Below, piece after piece: positions 1-9,182 of a DNA stretch of 25,847 nt. A program made the position numbers and the translations under genes. The notes beneath the pieces were generated by a model, which had not been told where the DNA came from, did not search any database, and was given only the letters and a program-made list of their open reading frames with translations. Position 1 is the first letter of the stretch; each line of letters opens with the position of its first letter. The stretch spans positions 1 to 25,847 of the forward strand of contig CBFGIY010000032.1 in assembly GCA_965648935.1 (NCBI GenBank). The letters run 5' to 3'. The DNA is from a candidate division WOR-3 bacterium. Lineage in GTDB: Bacteria; Hydrothermota; Tepidihabitantia; Tepidihabitantales; Tepidihabitantaceae.

Positions 1-384
1 GCCGGCAAGTGCCTCGGCAATGGCCGGCATCTGACTTGGCCAGCGGCTCGCTGCCCGGCGGGCCTCGTTCAACGCTTCGGTCCTGCGTCGGATGCCCAGC
101 AGGCCCTCTATCAGTCCAAGTCTGAAGTCAACCCGGTTAGAGTCCGAGGTCGACAGCCTGCGACTGACCTGAACCAGACTGTCCAGTCTCCCGACAAACT
201 GAGACGTGCGACGCAGACCCGCGTACGCTGCTACGTCTTTGGGATTTCTGACCAGCGCCAGGCGATACTCATCAAAGGCCGCTTCGAGAATGCCGGCCTG
301 TTCAAGCATTCTCGCGCCCTCGGCACTCTGGGCCGCGACCGCTGAAGTCAGGGCAAGAACCATCAAGAAGACCCGCCGGTTCAC
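1..384 (-). CDS. Exported TPR-like helical repeat protein (3' end runs off window)
   Basis: Not in ORF track. Hand translation from GTG at 384 (GTGA overlap with upstream stop) is open to position 1: MNRRVFLMVLALTSAVAAQSAEGARMLEQAGILEAAFDEYRLALVRNPKDVAAYAGL. Signal peptide with A-x-A-like cleavage region, then a TPR-like 'A..EY..AL..NP.D..AY.GL' pattern. Confidence 0.75.
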   Translation of the reverse strand, partial: MNRRVFLMVLALTSAVAAQSAEGARMLEQAGILEAAFDEYRLALVRNPKDVAAYAGLRRTSQFVGRLDSLVQVSRRLSTSDSNRVDFRLGLIEGLLGIRRRTEALNEARRAASRWPSQMPAIAEALAG

Positions 385-3300
385 CGACTGATCACCAGCC
401 TCTCAAAGTACGACCTTATCAGCCCTTCGTAATCACGCGGGTAGCTGTCCTTGAGCGCCCGCAGCAACTCCTCTCGAAGCAACCTGTCTCGTTCACCCAG
501 GTCGACAGGCAGCAGAGGTTGTGCGCGAACCTGATACGGCTTAGCCGCTTCTCCCTCCCGTTCCTCCTTCTGACCGCGCTGGCGTAGACTCCGCTGGGCA
601 TCGAGCAGCTGCTGCAGAACACCCTGCTGCCTCTCAATCAGCTCCCGGGTCACGTTGAGTTCGGACAGGTCGCGCTCCGCCGCCCGCATCTCCTCGATCG
701 CCTGCGCCAGGTCGGCCATCATGCCCGGCTGCGAGCTCCCCATGGTCTGCAGCATCTGCTCCAGTTGCTGCCGCAGCGCTGCCTGACGCGACATCAGACG
801 CTGGATGGCCTGTATCTGGCCTGGACTCATCCCCCCCGGCATCGGTATGGGCATCCCGCCCAGCTCCGAATTGATGCCGAGCTGCTCACCCGCCATCCGC
901 GAGAGCTGCTCTGCCAGACCCTCCATGCCGCGCGATGCGCCCCCGCCCTGCATCGACCGTTCCAGCGCGTCCAGCAGGCTGCGAGCGACGCGGTTCAGAG
1001 CAACACGAGAACTCGTCATCTGGGAACGCGCCGCATCATCGGCCCTGTCGCCCAGCGACCGTCCTGCCGCCGCCATGAAACTCAGCGCCCGAGCCATATC
1101 CCTGCCGACCTCTGGCGAAACAAGCATGGACCTGCCGCTGACCGCAGCGATTGACTCCGCCGTGATCCGGGCGGCCTCGCCCAGACCGGCAAGACGCCTT
1201 GCAAGATTCTCACTAGACTCCTCCGACCGCTCCAGCTCCTCCTGCATCTCTGAAAGGGCCAGAACGTCCCTCATCAGCAGGCCAAGCCTCTCGGCAAGGT
1301 CGACAGAGCGTCGCTTCTTGAGCTGCTCGCTGAGCGACTTGAGGCGATCTGCGGTGGCGCGCATTCCCTCAGCCAGTGACCTGCTCTTCTCGGCCTCCCC
1401 GCCGGTCTGCCCCGCAGCCAGCATTCGACGCAGCTCCTGTGCCTGCTGTGCCAGCCCCGCAGCCAGCATCTCCGCGGACAAAGCATCAAGCGAATCAGAT
1501 AACGCGTTGTCTGAGATGGTGGATGCGAGATCGCGCGTCCGCTCGTGCAGCGAATCCAGTCCCGTCGCCAGGCCAGCCTGTTTCTCGGCAAGCTGATGCC
1601 GGTCCTGTTCGGCCAACCGCCGGGTCACCCGTTCCTGTTCGCTTGCCAGCTCGTCGGCAAGACGCGCAAGGGCATCGAGTCGTTGTTCTTCCAGGATTTG
1701 CTTGAGCAACTCCAGCGCCCGGTCAATCCCTGTTTTCAGCAGTTCCTGCTCACGCTGAAGGCGCTCCATCGCCTGCCTCAGTTCCGGTGAGTTACCCTGC
1801 AACCTCGACCGGAGGTCCGCAAGCGCCCGCTGCAAGTCCCTGGGCAGAACCTCGCTCAGTAGCTGCTCAAGCTGACCCAGCTTCTCCATCGTTTCGCCGT
1901 CATAAGCCAGCCCTTCGCCGACCTGCTGCATCACATCGGAGAGCTCTTGTTGGAGCCCCGCTATCTGCTGGGCCAGCCGTTCCTGGTCGTCCAGCGTCTG
2001 TGCCAAAGTCTGACGTTCATCCCAGGAAAGCTCACGGCTGCGGTCAAGCTCCTGCCCGATTCGTCCGAGCTCATCGACTACCTGCTGCTGTTCGGCCTGC
2101 AGTGGCGCGAGCATCTGCCTGGTCCGCGTCGCTTGCTGAACCGACATCGTGTATATCTCTGCCATCGTCGGAAACCGAACCGAGTACACGTCGCTACGTC
2201 CGACCTTCGGTCCGCTGACATTGTCGTTATCCAACGCTTCGAGACGATACTGCAACACCTCTCCGGGCAGCAGTTCGACAAGGTTCAAGTCCCAGACGTA
2301 CGCCACAGTATCCTCGCGTCCTCTGCCCGCCGAACTGAGTGTGATTGACCGATTCAGGCTATCCTTGCCGTATCGAAGCAGCACCCGCTCCACGCCGAAG
2401 TCGTCAATCACATCAACAAGCAGCGGCAGCCTCATGCTTACCGGCACGTCGACGTCACGGCCGGGAAGGAGCACACGAACCAGCGGTGGCTCATCCTGAA
2501 CAACACGGATGCGCAGACCTTGATCAGCCCGCGCGCCTGCTGAATCGACCGCTTCGATCTTGCCATCGGCATCCTGCAGAACCAAGAAAGCACCGCTCAC
2601 TCGCCCGTGCGCGTCGGCGACGCTCAGCGCGACCGTGTCTGCGCCGATCAGCGCGGCGGCACCCGCTGCAGGACGGTTCAGATCTGCTGTTGCCCGCACA
2701 ACCGTACCGCGCAACGCGCGGATATCGGTCGCTGACGAGCGAAACATCCCGAGTCCACTGTAATCCGGGTAATCGTATTCAAAGGTCAGGCTGCGAAAGA
2801 CCAGCGGCTCGCGCAGTTGTACAACCCGCGGCTCCGATGCGACACCCAGAGCGAAAAAATGGTAGGTGAAGCCTTCATCAACCGATGACGTGAACGTACC
2901 GAGACCGCGGTCAACTCTGAGCCTGCGCGTAACCGATCGACGCCCTCGAGTACGCAGCCGAACCTCGCGCAGGGCACCCTCGGGCCTCACCGCACACCTT
3001 AGGGTAACCACACCGCCCGGGGTAACAGCAGTGTCCGGTGACATCACAACCAAGGACACGATCCGCCCAGAACTGCCAAGGAGGTTGGCCGCCCCAACCA
3101 GCGCGCGCAAGGGTGAATGTATGTACAACGCAACCGCGCCCACAATCGCCACGAGCAGCAGTGCGAGGGCGGTCAGCGCCGCCCTGCGGCTCACCAGACC
3201 GCGCAGTTCTGCACAGGCTATTCCGGAATCGGCATCCGTCAGCGCCGCCCGAACCAGATCCGGAGAGTAGCCCTCCCTGCCGGCGGCCGCCAATCGGGTA

Positions 3301-3584
3301 AGGCCAAGTGCAGCAACCAATCGCCCCTCCAGAGCGGGATTCCTCCCCTCGATGTCTCTGACCACCGCAGCAGGAGTGGCGTTTTTCAACCAACGTACAG
3401 CCACGGCCAGCGCAGCAGGCAGAACCACCAGCAGTACAGCCGGACCGAACAACAGAGCCATGGCTATGACAGAAATCAGCGCAGCCAGAGCCAGCAGCCA
3501 GAGCCAAGCGCTGATGATGGCGCTCAAGCGCCGGGCCGTGACAAGTCGGTCGACCGTCTTCAGGAATGTTGCGCCTGCGTCCAT
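381..3584 (-). CDS. DUF4175-like large membrane-anchored coiled-coil protein
   Basis: About 1067 aa. N-terminal TM helices, Ig-like beta region (YPDYSG; DEPPLV; DDFGV; YRLEALDNDNVSGPKVGRS), long Q/E/L-rich coiled coil, G/M-rich linker, C-terminal YPRDYEGLIRSYFERL. ATG 3584 preferred because GTG 3602 is only 3 nt from the predicted -10. Confidence 0.75.
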   Translation of the reverse strand: MDAGATFLKTVDRLVTARRLSAIISAWLWLLALAALISVIAMALLFGPAVLLVVLPAALAVAVRWLKNATPAAVVRDIEGRNPALEGRLVAALGLTRLAAAGREGYSPDLVRAALTDADSGIACAELRGLVSRRAALTALALLLVAIVGAVALYIHSPLRALVGAANLLGSSGRIVSLVVMSPDTAVTPGGVVTLRCAVRPEGALREVRLRTRGRRSVTRRLRVDRGLGTFTSSVDEGFTYHFFALGVASEPRVVQLREPLVFRSLTFEYDYPDYSGLGMFRSSATDIRALRGTVVRATADLNRPAAGAAALIGADTVALSVADAHGRVSGAFLVLQDADGKIEAVDSAGARADQGLRIRVVQDEPPLVRVLLPGRDVDVPVSMRLPLLVDVIDDFGVERVLLRYGKDSLNRSITLSSAGRGREDTVAYVWDLNLVELLPGEVLQYRLEALDNDNVSGPKVGRSDVYSVRFPTMAEIYTMSVQQATRTRQMLAPLQAEQQQVVDELGRIGQELDRSRELSWDERQTLAQTLDDQERLAQQIAGLQQELSDVMQQVGEGLAYDGETMEKLGQLEQLLSEVLPRDLQRALADLRSRLQGNSPELRQAMERLQREQELLKTGIDRALELLKQILEEQRLDALARLADELASEQERVTRRLAEQDRHQLAEKQAGLATGLDSLHERTRDLASTISDNALSDSLDALSAEMLAAGLAQQAQELRRMLAAGQTGGEAEKSRSLAEGMRATADRLKSLSEQLKKRRSVDLAERLGLLMRDVLALSEMQEELERSEESSENLARRLAGLGEAARITAESIAAVSGRSMLVSPEVGRDMARALSFMAAAGRSLGDRADDAARSQMTSSRVALNRVARSLLDALERSMQGGGASRGMEGLAEQLSRMAGEQLGINSELGGMPIPMPGGMSPGQIQAIQRLMSRQAALRQQLEQMLQTMGSSQPGMMADLAQAIEEMRAAERDLSELNVTRELIERQQGVLQQLLDAQRSLRQRGQKEEREGEAAKPYQVRAQPLLPVDLGERDRLLREELLRALKDSYPRDYEGLIRSYFERLVISR

Positions 3585-3605
3585 ATGTAGTAGACCTATC
3601 ACAAG

Positions 3606-3633
3606 ATTCTAGATGGCTGGCACGGCCAGTCAA
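3606..3633 (-). promoter_or_regulatory. sigma70-like promoter TTGACT-N16-TAGAAT
   Basis: Intergenic, upstream of the DUF4175-like gene; near-consensus hexamers read directly. Confidence 0.75.
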
Positions 3634-3661
3634 ACGTCTGGCCGCAAGGCCTGACCAGCGG

Positions 3662-4711
3662 TCAGTTACGTGGGGGGGACAACCAGAAGCCACGCGACTC
3701 ACGCGCGAGCCGTTGCTTCAATGGCTGCCACCACTCGGGGTGTTCTTCGTACCAGCGAATAGCGGCTGTGAGACCATCACCGAGCTCAACCTCAGGCCGC
3801 CAACCCAGCTCTCCTGCGACTCTGGTCGAATCTAGCGCGTAGCGGTAATCGTGACCAGGACGGTCGGCAACGAACTCGATCGCATCCTCCTCCCTATGCG
3901 CCAGCCGCAACACTCGCCTGACAAGGTCAATGTTGCTCAATTCGTTGCCGCCGCCCACGTTGTAGACTCTGCCCGGTCGTCCGCGCTCCAGAACAGAGAG
4001 AATCGCGCGACAGCAGTCCTCAACATGAAGCCAGTCACGGACATTGCGGCCCTCGCCATATACCGGCACCTTTCGTCCCTCAATCAGATTGGTGATCATC
4101 AGCGGGATGAACTTTTCAGGATGCTGATAGGGACCGTAGTTGTTCGACGGCCGGACCACGCAAACCGGCAGCCGGTAGGTTTCGAAGTAGGACTGAGCCA
4201 GTAGATCCCCAGCTGCCTTCGAGGCAGCGTACGGCGACCTCGGCCTCAACGGTGTCACTTCGGTGAACCTGCCCTCATCGCCCAAAGTACCATAGACCTC
4301 GTCCGTGGAGATATGGACGAACCGCTTCACCCCCGTCCTTCGCGCAGCGTCAAGCAGAATCTGAGTTCCAAGCACGTTCGTCCGGATGAAGAGGGAGCTG
4401 TCTTCTATCGAACGATCGACGTGACTCTCAGCGGCGAAGTGAACCACGGCATCGACGCTGGATATCGCTGCCTCAACCACACTCCGATCGCAGATGTCGC
4501 CGCGGATGAAGCTGTAGCGCTGATTCGACTCCAGATCACGCAGGTTTTCCAGGTTTCCGGCGTACGTCAGGCTGTCGAGATTCACTACACGGCAATCCGG
4601 CTGCGCCGACACCAGCATCCTGACGAAGTTCGAGCCAATGAAACCGCAGCCGCCGGTAATCAGGAATCTGCCTGCTTCCGCGCCAGAATGTTGACAATAC
4701 ACGGAGCTCAA
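3662..4711 (-). CDS. rfbB: dTDP-glucose 4,6-dehydratase
   Basis: ITGGCGFIGSNF, DSLTYAGN, HFAAESHVDRSI, HISTDEVYG, YAASK, NNYGPYQHPEKFIP, RDWLHVED, DRPGHDYRY. TTG start overlaps porin stop (TTGA); exact start uncertain. Confidence 0.96.
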   Translation of the reverse strand: MSSVYCQHSGAEAGRFLITGGCGFIGSNFVRMLVSAQPDCRVVNLDSLTYAGNLENLRDLESNQRYSFIRGDICDRSVVEAAISSVDAVVHFAAESHVDRSIEDSSLFIRTNVLGTQILLDAARRTGVKRFVHISTDEVYGTLGDEGRFTEVTPLRPRSPYAASKAAGDLLAQSYFETYRLPVCVVRPSNNYGPYQHPEKFIPLMITNLIEGRKVPVYGEGRNVRDWLHVEDCCRAILSVLERGRPGRVYNVGGGNELSNIDLVRRVLRLAHREEDAIEFVADRPGHDYRYALDSTRVAGELGWRPEVELGDGLTAAIRWYEEHPEWWQPLKQRLARESRGFWLSPPRN

Positions 4712-5673
4712 AGCGAAGCACGCAGTTGCAGCAGCAACTGGTGCCGCTCGTATTCTTCCGAATGCTGACGCGGGAATCGACGCAAGTAATCATAGTTCAA
4801 CATGATCTGCACTGACTCGCCGTGCAGGTCGACAATCGCACCCGCAGTTGCTCCAGCAGTCAGGGTTCTGGCGTCGTCAATGCTTGCCTGCAATCTCCCG
4901 ACAGGCTCAAGCCAGTCGAGCACACGACCACTGGCTTCCAAGTATGCCGCTGTGACTGCATATGTGCCAATCAGCGCACGCTGGACTTCCGAGAGCAACG
5001 TAACTTCACCCAGACCAAGACCCGACTCCAGAGCGTAGTTCGCCATCAGCCCGCCTTCTGGCCCCACGCGACCGTAGTAGCCGCGTCCCCCGACGAACGT
5101 ATTCTCAACCGCTCTGGGACGGAAGACCACACGCCCGCAGACGTCCTTCCACCTGTTCTCATCCTGCAACCAGCCCGACCTGCCGAACCCGTTGACGACT
5201 GCAATACTGGCTGCAAAAAGACCCGTATCCCGAGAAAGCATGAGTCCAACGTCTCGGGGGTCGTAAGGCTTCCAAGCCCCCTTCAGAATCGAGTACTCGA
5301 CGAACCTCAGTTTCCGCGGAAGGGTCAGTGCTTCACGGCCAATGGGCGGTATGAACTGACCGGAACGCAGAACGAAACCTGCGGGAAGTCTGAGATCAGC
5401 ATACAGGTCAAGGGCTCGCTCGTTCCAGCCCGCATCGAAACTGACTCGCACCATCACGTCGGTGGCAGGACGCCAGTTCAGACCGACCGGCGCCCCGAAC
5501 CGGTAAAACGAAAAGTCCATCCGTGAAACACCGACCTCACTGACCCTCTGCCAGCGTGCGTTCACCAGCGCGAGGGCATCCAGGGTGAGCCTGTTCTCAA
5601 CCAACACGACCTCGGCCGTCGCCGTCGTCGTCAGCAGAACCAGCAGAACTCCTGCCACGAATCGTGAATTCAC
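4708..5673 (-). CDS. Outer-membrane beta-barrel, phosphate-selective porin O/P-like
   Basis: Signal peptide (VNSRFVAGVLLVLLTTTATA-E) from GTG 5673 with upstream GAGGAG. Motifs LDLYADL, LRSGQF..P.GRE, RDVGLM, VVNGFG, DEN..KD..GR; alternating beta-strands to the C-terminus. ORF track start is 5742. Confidence 0.7.
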   Translation of the reverse strand: MNSRFVAGVLLVLLTTTATAEVVLVENRLTLDALALVNARWQRVSEVGVSRMDFSFYRFGAPVGLNWRPATDVMVRVSFDAGWNERALDLYADLRLPAGFVLRSGQFIPPIGREALTLPRKLRFVEYSILKGAWKPYDPRDVGLMLSRDTGLFAASIAVVNGFGRSGWLQDENRWKDVCGRVVFRPRAVENTFVGGRGYYGRVGPEGGLMANYALESGLGLGEVTLLSEVQRALIGTYAVTAAYLEASGRVLDWLEPVGRLQASIDDARTLTAGATAGAIVDLHGESVQIMLNYDYLRRFPRQHSEEYERHQLLLQLRASL

Positions 5674-5719
5674 CTGCAGTGATCGCTCCTCTCTTGTTCT
5701 GCGTCCACAAGGCTCAGTG

Positions 5720-5747
5720 TTGACTTCATCGATGCGCACCATAGACT
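5720..5747 (+). promoter_or_regulatory. sigma70-like promoter TTGACT-N16-TAGACT for GT at 5819
   Basis: Hexamers at 5720-5725 and 5742-5747; identical hexamers and spacer to the wzz promoter. Confidence 0.7.
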
Positions 5748-5803
5748 CGCTGCACAGCTAAGTCACAGAGGTTCATCTACCCCGGACCAAGATACGCAGA
5801 AGA

Positions 5804-5831
5804 AGTGTACAGAGCCAAATGCCAAGAGCAA
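5804..5831 (-). promoter_or_regulatory. Candidate promoter TTGCTC-N16-TACACT for porin-rfbB
   Basis: Best minus-strand match found upstream of the porin; straddles the ATG of the oppositely oriented GT. Confidence 0.45.
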
Positions 5832-6964
5832 GACCCAGACTTCTGAGCATCTGCAAGGCGTTCTGGCCACACATTGGCGGCGTCGAAGAGGCCGCCCGCA
5901 GACTCGCCGTTGCCCTGACTGATGACTTTGATGTAACCGTCCTGGCAGTTAGTGATGACCGGAGCGCGTGGGACACGATTCACGATGGCGTCAGGGTAAT
6001 CAAGCTCCCACTGCTGACTCGCCCTCTTTCAACACCGATTGCCGTGGGCTTTCCACGGGTCCTTCGCAGGCTGGCATCGACGTCTGACATCATACACGTC
6101 CACTCACCCTGGCCGCCGGGTGAGCTTGCCCTGCTCACGGTTGCGCCAAAGTCACCGGTTGTCCTGACATGGCACTTCGATATCGTACGGCAACGCTTCA
6201 TCGAACCGCTGTACAAGCCAATTGTGACAACCCTGCTGAGGCGATGCGCCAGAGTCATCTGCTCAAACCCGAATATCGCCGCGACTTCACCATACCTCAT
6301 AGCCTGTCGCCAGGAGTTGACAGTGATTCCGTACGGCGTCGACACTTCGGCCTGGGAGCCACCAGCTGGTATAGCCGGCGCGGTCGAACGCATCCGCCAA
6401 AGACATGGGCGTCCTATCGTGCTGTTCGTCGGCCGCATGGTGTACTACAAGGGTATCGAAGTCCTGCTGCATGCAATTGCCCGAACCGACGCCGCTCTCG
6501 CGATCGTCGGCAAAGGACCACTGGAGGGCAACCTGAAGGCGTTGGCTCACTCCCTGGGTATCGATGGCCGGGTAGCGTTCCTTGGTGCCCTTCCCAATTC
6601 GGAACTCAGGCTGCACTACGCCGCCTGCGATGTCTTCGTGCTTCCGTCGGTGGCACGCTCAGAGGCCTTCGGTCTGGTGCTGCTTGAAGCGATGTCCGCA
6701 GGCAAGCCGCTCGTCACAACCGAACTCGGGACCGGCACATCGTGGATCAACCAACACGGACACACGGGCCTGGTCGTACCACCTCGAGATGCCGAAGCGC
6801 TCGCACAAGCCATCTCGACCATCCTAGCAGACAGAGCACTTGCCCGCCGTTATGGAGAGGCGGCACGGCAGCGCGCTCTTGACGTCTTCGCCCATCAGCA
6901 GAGCGTGGAGAAGCACCGTGCGCTGTTCCTTTCGCTCGTGGACACGAAGCGGGCCAAGGCCTAG
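5819..6964 (+). CDS. Glycosyltransferase family 4
   Basis: FWPHIGGVE, HVHSPWP, TWHFDI, LFVGRMVYYKG, FVLPSVARSEAFGLVLLEAM (EX7E). Confidence 0.93.
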   Translation: MPRARPRLLSICKAFWPHIGGVEEAARRLAVALTDDFDVTVLAVSDDRSAWDTIHDGVRVIKLPLLTRPLSTPIAVGFPRVLRRLASTSDIIHVHSPWPPGELALLTVAPKSPVVLTWHFDIVRQRFIEPLYKPIVTTLLRRCARVICSNPNIAATSPYLIACRQELTVIPYGVDTSAWEPPAGIAGAVERIRQRHGRPIVLFVGRMVYYKGIEVLLHAIARTDAALAIVGKGPLEGNLKALAHSLGIDGRVAFLGALPNSELRLHYAACDVFVLPSVARSEAFGLVLLEAMSAGKPLVTTELGTGTSWINQHGHTGLVVPPRDAEALAQAISTILADRALARRYGEAARQRALDVFAHQQSVEKHRALFLSLVDTKRAKA

Positions 6965-8073
6965 CCTTTCCGGTGCGCCGCGAGCTTCTCGTAGAGGACC
7001 ATGTGCCTGCAAGCTATGTCACGCCAATCGAATCTCTCTCCGAGAGCGGCCGCGCCGGACGAAAGCCGATCCCTGAGGTCTGACTCGGAGCGCAGTCTGA
7101 GCAGCAGATCGGCGATCCCCCCCTCATCTGCGGCGAACAGAATACTCCTCTCATCAACGAGCTCTGAAGGTGTATCGGGGCCTCGTGTGCTCACTACAGG
7201 CAACCCCAGCCGCAAGGCGGCCACAAGCGTGCCTCGACGGAAGGTCGCGCCATCGCCATAGGGCAAGATGACCGCGCAGCAGCGTTTGAGCACTCCGATC
7301 GTGTCCTCGCCTGACAGGTCGAAACAGAACATCACCCGCTGACGGACACCCAGCCGGTCGACCAACTCCTGAAGCCTTTCGATGTATCGCTCGTCCTTCT
7401 GCCGCCTGGCCCCAACCAGCGTCAATCTGAGATCCTCAGCCCTCCTCACAGCCAGCGCGAAGCCGCCCAGCACCTTCTCGATTCCCTTGCCCGGATGAAA
7501 CATGCCCCAGTAGCTGAACTCCGAACGATTATAGCCAGCCGCCCCTGTGGCTTCGCCCTCTGGCAGGTTGGAGCCGATGACGATCACATGGGCGCAATGC
7601 AGAGAGGGCACTAGCCAGCCGATCCGACGAACCGCGTGCGCCTGTTCCTGGCTCGTTGTGAACACCACGCTCGTGGCGCACGCTGCCAGCAGAGCCTCGC
7701 TCAGCCGACGGAGCCAATGGGCACGCTCGTACTCGTGCAGCGTCACAACAACTGGAATCCGGGTCAGCGCGACGAACGCAGTGAGCAGGTGGGGCGCCAG
7801 CGAGTAGCCGTACCCCAGCCCGGGGTACTGAACATGAATGAGGTCCGGCCGCAGACCCCGAACTACTCTGAGCAAGCCTGCAACACCGGACAGGCTCCAT
7901 TTCCGGAGACCATCGATAGTCGTCACACGGGATGGGCGGTCGCCGGCGGAGTGCCGTGTGAGAACAACTGCTTCAACCCCTTGCTGAGCCAGCGCGGCTG
8001 TCAGCCTTGCAGTGTAGTCACCAATGCCACACGGCTCTGGCGGAAACGAACCAACCACTTGAATAACTCTCAG
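6961..8073 (-). CDS. Glycosyltransferase family 4 (probable CTG start at 8073; alternative ATG 8121)
   Basis: RVIQVVGSFPPEPCGIGDYT, IHVQYP, VTLHE, YWGMFHPGKGIE, ILPYGDGATFRRGTLVAAL..GLPVV, FDW..IA. EX7E motif is replaced. Confidence 0.88.
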   Translation of the reverse strand: MRVIQVVGSFPPEPCGIGDYTARLTAALAQQGVEAVVLTRHSAGDRPSRVTTIDGLRKWSLSGVAGLLRVVRGLRPDLIHVQYPGLGYGYSLAPHLLTAFVALTRIPVVVTLHEYERAHWLRRLSEALLAACATSVVFTTSQEQAHAVRRIGWLVPSLHCAHVIVIGSNLPEGEATGAAGYNRSEFSYWGMFHPGKGIEKVLGGFALAVRRAEDLRLTLVGARRQKDERYIERLQELVDRLGVRQRVMFCFDLSGEDTIGVLKRCCAVILPYGDGATFRRGTLVAALRLGLPVVSTRGPDTPSELVDERSILFAADEGGIADLLLRLRSESDLRDRLSSGAAALGERFDWRDIACRHMVLYEKLAAHRKG

Positions 8074-9182
8074 ACAACGCTCCTGATGACCGCTGCCAGT
8101 TCGATTCCGGCCCTTTCCCATGAGAATAGCGCAGCGCGCTCGCGGCCTCGTCTGACAAGGTCTTCGGCCAGTCGCTGATCGTCAAGGATCATGCGTGCCG
8201 CAGACTGAAGCGCCTGGGCATCACCAACGGCAACGACCTTTGCCGCATCGCCCGCTATCTCAGGCAAGCAGCTCACGTCGAATGTCAGGACCGGAACACC
8301 CAAGGACATTGCCTCCAACATCGGAAGACCGAACCCCTCATAGAGGCTTGAGTAGACCAGCATCCTCGCCCCGGAGTATAGCCCTGCAAGGGTTGCATCG
8401 TCCACGTAACCGACGAACCTCACCTGTCGTCCTACTCCCTCTTCGTCGGACAGGGCCTGCAGCCCTGGCAGGAAGCGACCGTCTCTCTTGCCCACGATTA
8501 TCAGGTCCAGGTGACGACGCTCTCGGAGAACAGCGGACAGGCTGCGAATCATGAACTGCAGGTTCTTTCTCGGAGAAAGCTCACTGGCCACGCAAAGCAG
8601 GTACTCCGCCGGACTGGAATTTGGGTGGAAGGGCTCCGAGCCATGCCCCCCGACGGCCCCGATAGAAACGCCCTCGTACACAACGTGAAGCTTCTCGTCA
8701 GGGACCGAGTACCAGCGCTGAACCTCGGCCCGCGTGAAGTCGGAGACGCACACAATCGCAGTCGCTGAACGAAGGAGACGCGGCACCACGTGACGGAAGT
8801 ACAGGTTCAGACGTGGATAGAGCGTCGGAAACACAAGAGGACTCAAATCGTGGACAACAATCACCTGCCGGAAGTGGGCGCCAACGACACCCTCAGGAAC
8901 GGTCGAGAGAAGTACCTCGATACCTAGCTTCCTGACCTGACCTGGCAGACGGAACTGGGCCCAGTACCAGCGGTTGACGTGCCCGAATCTCCCGCTCGAT
9001 GGACTAACTCGAGCACTCACGGACACGAGGCTGCCAGGGCCGAGTGCAAGTCCATCGCCACATGACGAAAAGACAACAAGATCATCGAAGCGCCGCGCCA
9101 GCTCATTGGTGATGCTGGCCGTGTAGCGGCCCAGACCGCTCGGTTGAGGGTCAAGTATCGTCGCGTTGATACCCAGTTTCAC
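8070..9182 (-). CDS. Glycosyltransferase family 4 (MtfB-like)
   Basis: SGLGRY, VVHDL, VSDFT, PRKN, SLYEGFGLPMLEAM, CLPEIAGDAA, FSW. Confidence 0.93.
   Translation of the reverse strand: MKLGINATILDPQPSGLGRYTASITNELARRFDDLVVFSSCGDGLALGPGSLVSVSARVSPSSGRFGHVNRWYWAQFRLPGQVRKLGIEVLLSTVPEGVVGAHFRQVIVVHDLSPLVFPTLYPRLNLYFRHVVPRLLRSATAIVCVSDFTRAEVQRWYSVPDEKLHVVYEGVSIGAVGGHGSEPFHPNSSPAEYLLCVASELSPRKNLQFMIRSLSAVLRERRHLDLIIVGKRDGRFLPGLQALSDEEGVGRQVRFVGYVDDATLAGLYSGARMLVYSSLYEGFGLPMLEAMSLGVPVLTFDVSCLPEIAGDAAKVVAVGDAQALQSAARMILDDQRLAEDLVRRGRERAALFSWERAGIELAAVIRSVV

Noticed and set aside
4691..4718. Perfect TTGACA on plus strand near the rfbB start (also one at 20868)
   Set aside because: No acceptable -10 hexamer at 15-18 bp; treated as chance.
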